Shown here piece after piece: positions 51,747 to 64,000 of a stretch of DNA of 64,000 bases (the stretch's first letter is position 1; every line of letters begins with the position of its first letter). A model generated the notes under the pieces. It made no database searches. It had not been told where the DNA came from and worked only from the letters and a program-made list of their open reading frames with translations. The stretch lies in the NCBI GenBank assembly GCA_010093815.1, contig ML996578.1; one strand, 5' to 3'. This DNA is from Pseudovirgaria hyperparasitica (lineage: Eukaryota). A program made the position numbers and the translations under genes.

Positions 51747-53442
51747 CTACCACCCAACCCCTCCAACCAACGCCCCGAAACCCTCAAAGTGCGCCTTCGA
51801 AATCCACGGACAACACCTGCTCCACAACTGAATTACACTCCTTCTATTTCTATCCTCTATATTGCTGTTATCTGAACCATAAAGCATTCCTATGACACGA
51901 CTCAGACTCGCGAGCGTCGAAGTTGGTTCATCAGATTCTGCTCCAGCAGAGGAGGACGAGGAGAGCATATCTCTGCGCGCATCGGCGTGAGCGAGCCAAA
52001 GCCAGACGAGGAGGATGTCGTCATAGTGTATGTCAGAGAGGTTTGCGGCGGCATGGAGGATGAGGGCCGCGGCGTGCTTGATGGCGGTGTTTCTGGTGGG
52101 CATGGTTGTGGATGCATCGTTTACGATTTCGGAAATGACATGTGCACTGTGTATATCATTAGCTCATGTACCACACATGAATCGTGACAGGACAAGTGAT
52201 TCCATGGAAGACAAAGACAGGTACGTACAAGTCCTCGGCGCAACAACTCGTCTTCACACACTCACCCGCCGAGACAGGAGCGCCGTGTCTGGCTATCCAC
52301 CCATTCTCAGGCATGCCCCACGGAGGACAATATGTGTCCCAGTGGATATACCGCGAGATGACATGTATCTTAGCCAGGAACCCTGCGCTGCTAGCCAGGG
52401 CAATAAGCGAGTTGATCGCAGAGCACATATGGCGTTTGAGAAGAAGTCTCGGCACGCGCGCACGCAGATAGCAGCACGTTTTGCCCATGCCGATCATCTC
52501 GCGAGGGCTGAAGTCCCATTTGATTAGTCGGATGTGCAGGCGGCGAATATGGGGCAGGAAGGTGGCGAACAGCTCGATGGTTTCGAGGAGATGCTGGGCG
52601 AACCAGCCGGGGAGATTGGTCTGGGATTCATGCACTTCGATGGTTATATCGCGTAGGAGATTGTAGTTTCGGGCGCCTATGGAGTGTTGGATGGAGGAGA
52701 AGGCGGCGCCGGGGTCGGGTTTTGGGGGCATGGTTGATTTGAGTTCAGGAGGATAGGTCATGTGCCATTTGGTGCGTGTGTAGAGACTGAAGGTACCAAT
52801 GGCTTTGAAGCGCTTGCAGACCCGTAGGAGTTGTATATTGGGAATGGGACGCGGGGGGTCTATATGGTGTTTATCGTCGAAAGGCAGGTCTGTCTTGAGG
52901 ATGATCTCCGGAGGAGCATCGAGAGCGTTCGTGAGGATTATGTCGAGGATCTCATCTGGCAGATCTAGGATGCGGAAAGGAGGGACTATGCGGATACCTA
53001 GCTCTGGGTGTAGAGTAGTGGAGAGCGGAGACCATGGGTGAGCCATCCAGAACTGTCCGTCGAGAACCCACTGCCATCTTGTCTTTGTCTGGAATCTCGT
53101 GGTAACATTGTTCTCGGTGGACTCATTCTTGGTGTTGATCCTTTCAAGCTGTAGTTTCGACTCCTTGGCCAGCCAGGTAGATGCCTTCTCCCATCCATAT
53201 CTATACCTGCTTGATCTGTTCATGATGAGAAGCGGATGGTGCGAGTCTGCATTTTGTGTATGTAGCTTGACGTCTATGTAAAAGTGGCGCGTCTTGTCGT
53301 AGGGCCATACTAGACATCGTATGGGGTAACCCAATCCATATTCCTGCCAGTCGCAGATATATATGCTCGCCTGGAAAAGATTCCGACGGCAAACCTGATC
53401 GAAGCTGCGCTGTAAATATCTATGGAATGTTTCGTAGTCCAT
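51747..53442 (-). CDS. Hypothetical protein with an internal F-box-like motif; 2 exons (intron 52147-52228)
   Basis: PFRILDLPDEILDIILTNAL...LLRVCKRF motif. A GTACGT..GCTAAT..CAG intron joins the 427-aa ORF in frame to ORF 51747-52103. Confidence 0.7.
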
Positions 53443-53883
53443 GGCAGACAGAAGCTAGAAGTCGTGGGAAGACAGACTGTATCAAGAAGACTGGGCAAGG
53501 TGTAGATAGTGAAACTGATGCTGAGTCCTGGGTCCTGCTGATTATGTGAGGACTGGAAAGAATGTGCATGAAAAGAGCCATGCATCAGGTACTGGATGCA
53601 ATAATGAAAGGAAATTGCGCATCGTGAAGTGTAGATGCCTAACTTCGTGCGCTCATGTTAGTTCTCAGGAAGGAGGCGCACGACGTAGTGACTGTGTGAA
53701 AAATTTAGAGGCATAATCAATGTCCTTACCCCTTCCCCCATATACTCTCTCGTCACAGTGCAAATCATGTCCAATTCACACCAGGAAAGTCTTGACGGGG
53801 AAATCGTAGAAATTCATTCTTGAATTGTATCCTGACATCCAGACATACAGACATCAGACATCATACATCCAAGCACGACGAAT

Positions 53884-54949
53884 CTACAGCTTAGACCGGC
53901 TTTTCGACTTTGCTGCAACACGGTTAGCGACTCATATGCAACGATGACTGTACGCCCACGACAATGACTCACCCGCCAATTCCTGCATTTTCGCACCCAT
54001 CCTCTCAATCGGCACCCCCTCCACAAACCTCTCCGCCAAGGCATCCACACTCGAATACACCGCCGCCATCCTCTCCAACTTCCGCCCCTCATTCTGCAAT
54101 CTCTTCATCTCCACCATGCTCTTCCCATCATTCCCCACCAACTGCCTCTCCAAGAACCCAACCACATCCTCATGAAAGCTCGCCGCAGGGAACAGCTGAT
54201 TCACCAGCCCCACCTCCCGCAACTCCTCCACCGTCACCTTGCGCCCAAACATGAGCATCTCGTTGGCCCGGTGCACGCCCATGTGCTGCGCAAACGCCAG
54301 CGCCGACCCGTTCTCCGGCACCAGGCCGAGCGCCGAAAACGTCACGTTGAGCCACGCGCCCTCGGCTGCGAAGAATAGGTCCGAGCTGCCCTGGAACCAT
54401 GCCGCGCCAGCCCCGACGGCGTTGCCGTTTAGCGCCAGGACTGTCACTTTGCTGTGGTCGATGATGGACCGGACGAGCTCGACTCCAGGCAGGAAGCGGC
54501 GTAGCCAGTACAGCTTCTTCTGGCCTTCGTTTTGCACGTCCTCGACCGAGGCGATGGCTGGCGGCGTTAATCAGCGCGGCTGCGTGAGGTGCTCAGGGGT
54601 TACATATATATATCGAGCACGCAGATAGAAAGGGACAGAACTTACTTTTCACATCTGCACCGGCAGAGAAGAATCGGCCTTCGCCGGTGAGCACGGTGAA
54701 GACGGTGTCGGGGTGCTTGTCGAGGATCCGAAAGGCATCGATGGCCTCCTCGACCATGCTCCCGCCAAACGAATTGAGGTGCTTCGGACGATTGAACTGG
54801 GGGAATTTGGTTAGATCTGGGTAATCATAATAACAATACTTGTCACATTATCCAACAATGCCCAGGAAAGAAAGCTATTAATTTACTTTGATAATCCCAA
54901 TCTTCCCGCGGATCTCAAACGTAATGTCTTTGTAAGGCGGGCCCGCCAT
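53884..54949 (-). CDS. eci1: Peroxisomal Delta3,Delta2-enoyl-CoA isomerase (crotonase fold); 4 exons
   Basis: TGEGRFFSAGADV, ALNGNAVGAGA, FSALGLVPE. The last exon (53884-53912) gives AKSKSRSKL*, a PTS1. Confidence 0.9.
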
Positions 54950-55555
54950 TGTAGAATGCTGTCAATGGTTTCGCGAGATCCAAGCTCTTTGTGATAAGAA
55001 ATCTAATGGAATTGGAAACAGCTTTAGTGATAATCCAGCGTTTGATAGGGCGTTGTAAAATTTATTTATTGATGGCCTTGTGAGATGTTTCTGGGGTATC
55101 AATTAATTAAGCTGCAAGGAGACCAGACAGACTTACCCGGAACGCGTACTTTTTACCTCGGCCTAGGACTCCGCACCCATGCCACGGATCCATTCGCAGG
55201 TGTCGATTAGTAATAACAACATTGAGGCCGAACGTTCGGAATTCATGCTATTTATATGATGCTGCTGCTGCTGCTAAAGGATTATGTTTTGACAATAGTC
55301 TAGACTCAGCGACGCAGTTGTCACAATTCCCATGCCAGACTAGTACAAGTTTAACAGCAGGTATTAACGTTCACGCGCATCCATGTTTTGCAAAGTCATT
55401 GATATACGTGGTACTTTATTTTACAAGTCACACAGAGAGGAGAGAGCAGGACTCATGTCATGCCTGATAACGCCAATGTCCATTGAATCACAATGCACCA
55501 CCTAGTTTGCTTGTACACTCGCTAATTCCCAATCTTCACGTAGCTATTTGTTCAT

Positions 55556-56624
55556 CTATTTCCTCCTCTGGCTCATCCCTAGAATCTGGACCATGCGGAT
55601 GAAGATGTTGATAAAGTCGAGCTCAAGGCTGATGCTCTCCTTGACTGGATCTCTGGGCACCATACCCTGCTCTGCAAGACGAGCGTGGTGCAACACCTTC
55701 TGCACGTCATACAGAGTGAAGCCACCAAAGACAGCTAGTCCGCCGTACAACCAGATATTCTCAGTCCACATCAGGGTACGGGCAGCAGTGGCGGGAACAA
55801 CGAGAGGGGCAAGACCGGAAAGAGCGACAATTGCCACGCCCGCGAGAAGAGGTCCACCAAGGTAAAGGTACTTTTCTTGCTTAGCAGTGGCGCCAACGAA
55901 AGCAATACTACCCATCATTCCAACAGTATAGAGACCAGCGCGAGCGAGGAGGGCGGGCGACATAAACAAGAGCGGAGAAAGGAGAGCTGCTTGAACGACG
56001 TTGAAGCCGGCCCACAGTGCATATTTCTGAACATAGCTATGACGTGTTAGTTTGCGAATGCATGGAAGATTATGCTTAGACTTACTTGTCGGGACTAGTA
56101 GCCATACAGCCATACATCGTGCCAATGGAACCAACAAGGCCCAATCCCATAACGAGCCAGGGGTTGGCAGACATAAGTCGGTAGCTCCACGCACTGCGGT
56201 GAAGAGCGCTCGCGGCGACACCGATTATGCCGAGACCAAGACCGGTGTGCATGAACGTCTCATTCAGGTAGCTGCGCTCATAATGAGGCATACCGCCATC
56301 TTCTCTTGTTTCGCGGTTGAAGACCAGGTTGATAGCCAGAAGAGTTCCGCCGAAGATGCCTGCGCCGTAGAGTAGCCTTTGCTTCATGTCGCCAGATGCT
56401 TGAAGGGAAGGGATGCCTTGGGTCTGGTAGCTTCTTCGAAACGTTTGACGGAATACATTCTGCGACTTTGACACGGATGGGATGGTGCGGATTTGCGAGA
56501 GGATCGGTTGCGACTTTGCGAGTGGTAGGTTGTGAAGGTAGCGAAACGAGTTTGTTGTGGCCTTTGACGGCGCCTGTTTGAGGGCAGTCGTAATGGCAAA
56601 CGGACGCTTCAGCATGAACGCCAT
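55556..56624 (-). CDS. Bax inhibitor-1 family protein, mitochondrial GHITM/MICS1 type; 2 exons
   Basis: Presequence MAFMLKRPF, YLYLGGPLLAG, LYDVQKVL, ISLELDFINIFIRMVQIL. Confidence 0.92.
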
Positions 56625-56916
56625 CGTTCTTTGATGATCGAAGTCGAAAGTGCAGGTGGCACGACGATGACAAGAAGACGGAGGAGAGGCGGCGAGAGGA
56701 GGGAGGATATAATGACGTTCTGTGGCTTTAGCTCCATCCCGGGAACATTCTGGCACATTTTGCCGCCCGCCAAGACTTTCTCCTTCACCTCAGCCTTCAT
56801 CCCTTACTTCCGTGTCTAATGTCCGTGAGTCAGGCCATTATAATGACGATTTCGCTCTTCAAAGATAGATATAGTGTATGCCTCTTATGTACATCTATCT
56901 CTGAGATTTTCCCTCT

Positions 56917-58782
56917 CTATCTCGCATCCGCCTTGATCAAATCCGCAGCCTTCTCAGCAATAGCGTAAGTGGCCATCTGGGTATGTCCATTATTCACAAT
57001 TGGCATCACACTAGCATCGGCAACACGTAGCCCGTCAATACCACGCACGCGTAGTTTCTCATCAAGCACCGCCATCGGATCATCAGACTTGCCCATCTTG
57101 CACGTGCCAGAAGCATGGTAGCCTGCAGCGGAAGCATTTCAGTATCTAGCCCGAGCATAACAGGATAGAATAGACTTACAGGTCGTGGCACTGTTCTTGA
57201 CGTGCGGGATCCAGTCTTCTCGTGTTTTGTGTGTATGGTGCTTCAACCCTGGAGGCCAACTGCCTTTGACGATGTTCTTGGTGCCGACACCCTCCATCAC
57301 GATTTCGTTCGAATACCGACACGCTTCGGCCAGGACTTGTAGGTCGAGTTCGTGGTCGAGGTAGTTATGATCGACCAGAGGGTTCTTCAGCGGGTCGGAG
57401 CTCGCAAGCCTGACCGATCCGCGAGAGTTGGAGTTGAAGAGCAATGTGCACATGGCGAAGGTATGGCTGCCATCGATTGGGTAGCTGTCAAACTGCTTGG
57501 GACCGCCATACAGCTCGGTATTCCACATCTCTATGTTTGGCTGGTTCGGTGCTAGGCCCATAGGGTCACGTCCAGGCTTTCTCGGTGCGTTCTTCCATGC
57601 TTCACAATCCTCGAGTCGGTCATCGAGGCGGGCGAAGCAGAAGGCACCGAAGGGAAATACACTCAGGAAGCCAGACTTTGTATCGCCATATTGCTTCCTG
57701 AGCTTAGCCAGGCCTTGAGGATCGTGGAAGACTTGAGAGTCGTACGTAAGCCCCGGTTCGGTGACTTGGTAGAACTGAAAGGTCAACTGGAGCGGAGGTT
57801 AGCCACAAGAAGAGTGGGTGAATGACACAAGACCGCTCACGATATGATCCATGAGGTTCCTCCCAACACCTGGTAGATCTGCGACACACTCGATGCCTAG
57901 CTTCTCAAGCTCATCTTTCGCGCCGATGCCCGATCGCAACAGGATAGCAGGCGAGCAATACGCACCAGCACTGACGATGACCTCTTTCGACGCACCCACT
58001 CTCGACCTTGTGCCATTCTCAGCTACAAGATCCACGGCAGTCGCCCTCAAACCATCCCCCTGGCTCTCCACAACAATCTTATCGACAGTAACATCCGTCA
58101 TGATGGTGATATTCTCCCTCTTAAACCCCTTAGTCACAAAATCAGCCGCCGTCGTCCTCACACCCCGATGTATCGTCCTAGGCACATGCCCACACCCATG
58201 CGCCGTCTCCCCAGTCGAAAACATATCCTCACAAAGCGGCAACCCCTTCTCAACCATACTCTCCATCACCCGCTCACTAATCGGCGCCAGCTCATGCGAC
58301 GCAACATGCAGCGGTCCCTCAGTTCCATGAACCCCCGCAGCCCCCTTCAACCGCGCACTCGGATGAAATGTCTCCGCCTTCTTCATATATCCAAACACAT
58401 CCTCCCCGCCCCAGCCCTCCAGCCCCCAGTCATCATAGTCCTGCCGCGTGCCCCGGATACACAACGTGCCATTCACCCCAGACGAGCCGCCCAGGAACCG
58501 CCCGCGCGAGCACTTGACCCGTCGTCCATTCGCGCCTGCCATCGGCTCTGTGACGATGTTCCAGTCCGTCTTATTATTGTCGAAGTTGCCCATCCAGTCG
58601 CCCGGCATGTGCATTGTGGCCAGGTCCTTGCTGTCTGGCCCAGCTTCGATGAGGAGGATTCGTGTCGTTGTGGTTTCGGCCAGGCGTCCGGCGATCACGC
58701 AGCCGGCTGTGCCGCCGCCGCATACTATGTAGTCGTATGTGTTCGTGACGACGGGCGTATCGATGATGCGTGCGGGTGCCAT
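56917..58782 (-). CDS. GMC oxidoreductase (AA3-like, no signal peptide); 3 exons
   Basis: [15 protein letters not shown] motif, [38 protein letters not shown]. Active-site [10 protein letters not shown] and GHTQM (His/His). Confidence 0.95.
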
Positions 58783-59802
58783 GGGTGGTTATGATGATGG
58801 TGGTGCTTATTTGCGGTCGTGTGGGTTTAGGTGTAGGTGTGTATGTGTGTGTGCGTGTGCGTGTGCGTGTAATTATACGTGCAGATGGGATGTCACCGCA
58901 TATAATAACGATTTATACCTCCTCCAGATCACACCTACTTGCCCTATCAGCACAGCACAGCATCACACAACATAGCACACAACACTACAAAACTCTCCTC
59001 TCACTCTCATCCTCTCAGCACATTAACCCCACAAAATACATCATCCATACACAGCCTGCCCGAAGCCAAGCAAGCCGACCTAATCATGATCAGCAGTTAG
59101 CTAAGGTAATCATTAGGCATCATCCCTGCCCGCCTCACGTGTACCCGCCCCCTCCATCGGCCTAACCTCCTTCTGCCTAGCGCCACTCCCACCACTTTCC
59201 AATTCACGTGCCACACAGCAGCCCAGACCCACAAACAACCCGCTCGTCGCTGCCGTCTTTTAGGGGGCGTTTCGTGTGTTTTGCGGGGTAAATTAGTGCC
59301 CGTCGTCTTTGCCAGTCCCGTCTCCAGTCGTCCCGCGTGGTGCGGGCTGTGGAGCGCTCATTTATCACTAGGCTCACTACGAAAATCTACAGCACGTTTG
59401 AGACGTATTTACTTATTAGTCATGTATATTCATCGAGATATAGGGCTGGTAGCGTGAGAGAGAGGGCGGGTGTATATTCAGATATACACGTGCACATATG
59501 TATATACATATGGCTTGACGAATGATGCATAGGTGGACGAATAAGATATACCGACTCGCCCAGACACAAGCTTACATACATGCGTAGCATACATGCATGC
59601 ATTAACCACTCAGAGTGTGAGGTTGCACGGATCGCTGTTGGACACAAACACATGTATTCATGTACTGATGTATCGAAGACATGCATAGCGCGTTATATAC
59701 AGACCGCAAGCCCTTACACAGTCAAAAGAACAAAAATATACAGACATCTCATCGTGACCCCGTGCAATGACTCTTTATAAAAGGTATGACCCCGTCCTCA
59801 AA

Positions 59803-61487
59803 CTACGGCTTCCACCTGAAACCTGGGTGCTTCCAGTCCAGATCCTGCACCTTGCGCTGATCCAGTTCGGCCAGTTCGGCCTCGACATTACGCCGCCCGC
59901 GCCTCTTGTTATCGCTCTTCATCCACCACAGCAGCGCACAGCTCAGAAGCAATATGGTGCTGCTGGTCGCGAGATTGAGACCGTTACCGATATGGTAGTC
60001 GGGGCCGTCGAACGGCAGGAAGGACCACGTCGACACTAAGCCTCCGACATTTCCCATCATGACGTTAAGGCCAATAGCTGAGGAACGCGCCGTGTCGGAC
60101 ACGACATTTGCCGACACCTGGGCGTTGCACAGCGCGCCAAAGGAGAATGCGCCAGACGCAATGATAAACGTAGCGCCGTAGCGCGTTTGGGCGTCTGTGG
60201 AGGCAAGAAACATGATGTAGCCGATCATGACGAGGGGCGAGGATATGATGAAGAAGATAATTCTCCGATCATAGCGCCACGACAGGAACGGGAAAAGGAG
60301 GGTGAAGAATGCGCCGACAACGTAGGGCGGCACGGTGCGCAGTTGCTGGTAGATGACGGTGTTTTTGGGGTATATGGTGCGCACAATCGTAGGCGCGAAG
60401 AAGGCCAAACCCTGCACCGTAATGTTGTTGAGCAGGAAGATCAAGCTGGTGCCGATGCTGACAGGAGAGAAGATACCGCGAAGCGTCTTGGCCGTGTCGA
60501 TGCGGTCGAGCACTTCGGTAATGCCGACGCGCTCGCTCTTGACGCGGGCGATGGCCAGGTCCTTTTCTGCCCGTGAAAGCCAGCGTGCGGTTTCAGGCCG
60601 GTCAGTCAGGGTAAAAAATGAGATGACAGAGAGGCAGATGGTGATGATGCCCTCAATTGCGAAGATCATGCGCCATTCGCGTAGACCCGCGAACGACTCA
60701 AGCTTGAGAATGCCAGACGCCAGAAGGCCACCGAACGCGCCGGCTAGGGGTGCCATGACGATATATAGCGACAGGCGAAACGCAAGCTCTGAACGGCGGT
60801 ACCATCTCGATAAATAGTAGGCAATACCAGGCAGCATGCCAGCCTCGAAAATACCAAGCAGAAAGCGCACACCGCAGGCAGCAGACAGGTTTGTAACCCA
60901 TGCGGTGCCGAGAGAGGCGATTCCGAAGCCCAGCGAGATAGCGGGAATATACCAGCCGGGGCCGACCCATTTGCACATCATGTTGGAGGGGATCTCGAAG
61001 ACGATGTAGGAGACGTAGAAGACACTGAGGAGTTGGTTGTAGTCATAGCCCTTGAGCTTAAGGTCTCTCTCGAGGCCTGCGAGACGAGCATTTCCTGGAA
61101 GTGGTCAGCTTGTCGGCTTTTTGAAGGATTGACTGGGCTTGTGAAGTCACATACCGACATTGGCGCGGTCGATGAAGCAGAAGAGGTAGAGGAGGGCGAC
61201 GGTGGGAACGATGTAGAGGTCAATCTTCCAGCGCAGACGAGCCTCAGCATCCTTGTCAAAGACAATCAACGCGTTTCCGTGGCTAGAGAGTGTTAGGAAG
61301 ACAGGCGTGTGAAGGAGTAGAGGATGGCATGCCTGTCAGTGGCGGCATGGCCTTTCGCAGCAGCATCGTGCAAGTTCTCAACATGGTTGTCTGTAGGATT
61401 GAGGTCGGACTCGGAGGGATGGACAGCGACGTCTTTTTCGGGGTAGAATTCGGGCATAGCGGGAACAGCGATGGATGGTTGGCTCAA
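59803..61487 (-). CDS. MFS anion:cation symporter (Dal5/Tna1 family); 3 exons
   Basis: LRWKIDLYIVP, FCFIDRANVG|NARLAG, FEIPSN, RFLLGIFEAG, EWRMIFAIEG, DWKHPGFRW. Confidence 0.93.
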
Positions 61488-62849
61488 AGGTGGACGGAAG
61501 AATCCACCACTTGCGAGAGGGCGACGGACGGATATTTGTGTCCTGGAGACAGACGGGAAGAGAGGCCGAATTGAAAATGAACGTCAACGTCGAAACACGC
61601 TGAGGTCTTGGAGGAGCTGTTGACGACGGCATCTCGGAACGGCAGCTGGGGAGGTCCAGACAGGCCAGACCCCAGGCCCCAGGCATCCAGGTATGGTCAG
61701 TATTGATTGATAGAACTAATTCAGCAATATTCTTCTCATCCGAGCATCTCCACACTACAGTAATGACTTAATTCCTCTCGCACTGAACTGCCGCGTCTCG
61801 TCTTTGTCTTGGGCTTCGTGTCACTTGTCGCTCCTCATCTTCATCGGGCTGGCGATCAACCCTGACACGTCTATAAGCCACAAGGAGAGCACGCGGTTCA
61901 ATCTGGAGTCTAGACTCTCGCTCGAGGTGATTCTATCACATAGCATTATCAATATCGCTGCTGTCGTTACTATTACATGCTGATGCTCGCACGACTCATG
62001 CATCATGGCTACCCCAGATACTCCACTCTCCACACTCCCAACTCTCCACTGGTTCGTCTTCATCGCATGATCCCCACAGCCGCTAGCCGAGTTAGACAAC
62101 AATGAATGGTAATACAACAGATACGCCCGGCGGCGAGTGTTGTGACTGGGTGGTGCCCAAACACGGCGTGCAGCAGCCAAGCCATGGAGATGCATGGGTC
62201 TTCCTATGCATGCACACACACATATACACAGACATATACACACACATACATGATACATAGACATAGTACCAAATGTTTCATGTCTTCCAGCTTCCATCAG
62301 TCCCACCGTCGCCCCGACTAGAGAATCGTTCTGACAACAGGCCATCAGCTTGATAGATGCCCATTGCCTCATCTCCCCACTCCGCATCAACATGACCAGC
62401 TAGATTACGCGTCACGTATCCATGCATGCAAGGCCAAGGACCCCTACAGTTTCACCTCCGTCTTGATTCTGTTCCTTATCGCCTTTCCGAATTACTGTTC
62501 ATCTTCAAATCACGTGATATCTTCTCCTCACATCCATATCACGTGCCTATCCCGTCGGCGGCTTGGCGCTACTGTATTTGTCAGCCCTCTACGGACTTAC
62601 TCACTGCCATGTTTCGTATTAACGCACGACCCAACTCCTCGACCACCGCTCAACCCTCCATCCCGAATCAAGTTTCAACGGCATGGCCGTGAGTGGGCCT
62701 CGTAATGTCACGTCTACTACGCGCGTTTCGGGGTATAGAAGGGAGTAGAAGTGTATTTTAGCCTTCTGGCTATGCCTGGACTCGCTCTCTTCTCTCGTGT
62801 AAATCATTTTGTCCAGTCAAGCTAAGGTCATAATCTAGTCGTCTGGCTT

Positions 62850-63780
62850 ATGAGAATCTCATTACTATGTACTAGCTATAGCTAGATCTACTCTTAATTT
62901 CTAGATAATACCTCTTCTTTCGTATTTACTATACTTATAGTAAAGTCTCGAACTTGGTGTAATCATCCTTTTGTCTTCTGCTTATAGCTAGATCTACTTC
63001 TATACTCTGGGTCCACTCTCTTATATTAGGATCGACTACGAAACAAGTCAAGACTTGAGCTAGCTGCCTCTTCAGGTGATGCACAATCGCCTAGATTAGG
63101 CAGTTCTAGAGCCGGGCATTAGTTTTCGCCATTGTCCACGTACGCCTTCTTCTTTCTCAGTACGTAATAGATAAACTATCATACCTAAGCTTCTCTGTAA
63201 AACTTTCCACAGAGATAAGCATAGTCATTTTGTCGTTGCGAAATGTTCCGAGTGGTTTGTTTAACCGCCCAGCAGGTCCAACCAGCAAAAGTTAAGTTTC
63301 AGTCTTGCGGACGAGAGTGTTGCATCGAATGAAAAGTCAAGAGTCAGCAAATGCTTGTACTTATCGAGAGAACCTTTGTATATCAGTCACGCTGCGCCTT
63401 CCTTTAGCCTAGCCACTCGAACAGGACGGTTCGCTTCAAGCTCGTCAGAATGGGCCGTAAAAACTAGAGAGTCTGGTAACTTCCCAATCAGTATAACCTC
63501 GTTAATGACTTCTAGCTATATCTTCAACTGCTTCTCTACTCTAGCTGAATACTCTTGCTCTATATCTACTGCTACTAAATACGCAATATTAAAGCTAAGT
63601 ATAACTCTCTTAATGTCTACTAGCTGTATTTTAAATCTACTCTTATACTTAGCTAGGTTCTGATGCATTATATTTAGTATAGTAATAATATATCCTATAG
63701 TCTACTATAACTCCAGTAGTCTATACTATCTATCAGACTCAATATGTAGAGACCTAAGAGAATAACACTAAGCTTATGGA
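62850..63780 (-). pseudogene. RIP-like degraded coding relic (gene or transposon ORF); boundaries approximate
   Basis: Strong TpA enrichment. One minus-strand frame from about 63660 runs for more than 100 codons broken only by isolated TAG/TGA stops, followed by an intron-like GTATGA..CTAAT..TAG. Confidence 0.55.
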
Positions 63781-64000
63781 CCTCAAGAGAAAGACAAGAG
63801 TATTATCAGCTGTAATATAGTTCAATTTCTACTTTCAACTATCTTTCCAAAGAAACCCAAGATACTAAAAAATACAAACATGCGTCAATCAATGCGCAAT
63901 TCATGTAGCCCGCGCCCATAGATCCCGCGCTAGCTATCCAAGTCACACGCTTCAGATCGTGTCAATGGAACTGTATCTAAACCAAGGCCCTGCTGTTCCA

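Noticed and set aside
58168..58794. 208-aa plus-strand ORF and similar overlapping ORFs across the window
   Set aside because: Antisense to well-supported genes and explained by their codon bias.

Overview
Intron-rich genomic DNA from a filamentous ascomycete (Pezizomycotina; Dothideomycetes is plausible but only an inference). Short GT-AG introns with CTRAY branch points explain why the ORF track is fragmented. About 25 protein-coding genes can be reconstructed. Most are housekeeping: Abp2-like, SDR, adk1, clpX, glycogen branching enzyme, atp2, a sugar porter, glutaminyl cyclase, rtc5, spc105, rps11, a kmt6/EZH2-like SET gene, eci1, a GHITM-like gene, a GMC oxidoreductase and a Dal5-family MFS. 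An accessory-looking block of about 12 kb (28962-41233) lies between rtc5 and spc105. It contains the best candidate for an undescribed system: an NB-ARC/TPR fungal NLR head-to-head with a gene fusing a catalytically degenerate SesB-like alpha/beta-hydrolase domain to a CorA-like GMN membrane domain. The same block holds a trio with no backbone enzyme (AsaB-like dioxygenase, MFS, O-methyltransferase with altered metal ligands). Also notable are a spliced Gly/Asn-rich secreted protein missed by the ORF track, a Tyr at the Phe/Tyr switch of the KMT6-like enzyme, and three RIP-like relics (a MITE with TIRs, a solo-LTR candidate and a pseudogene). All family assignments come from motif recognition by eye, with no database search. 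Internal exon boundaries are manual predictions.
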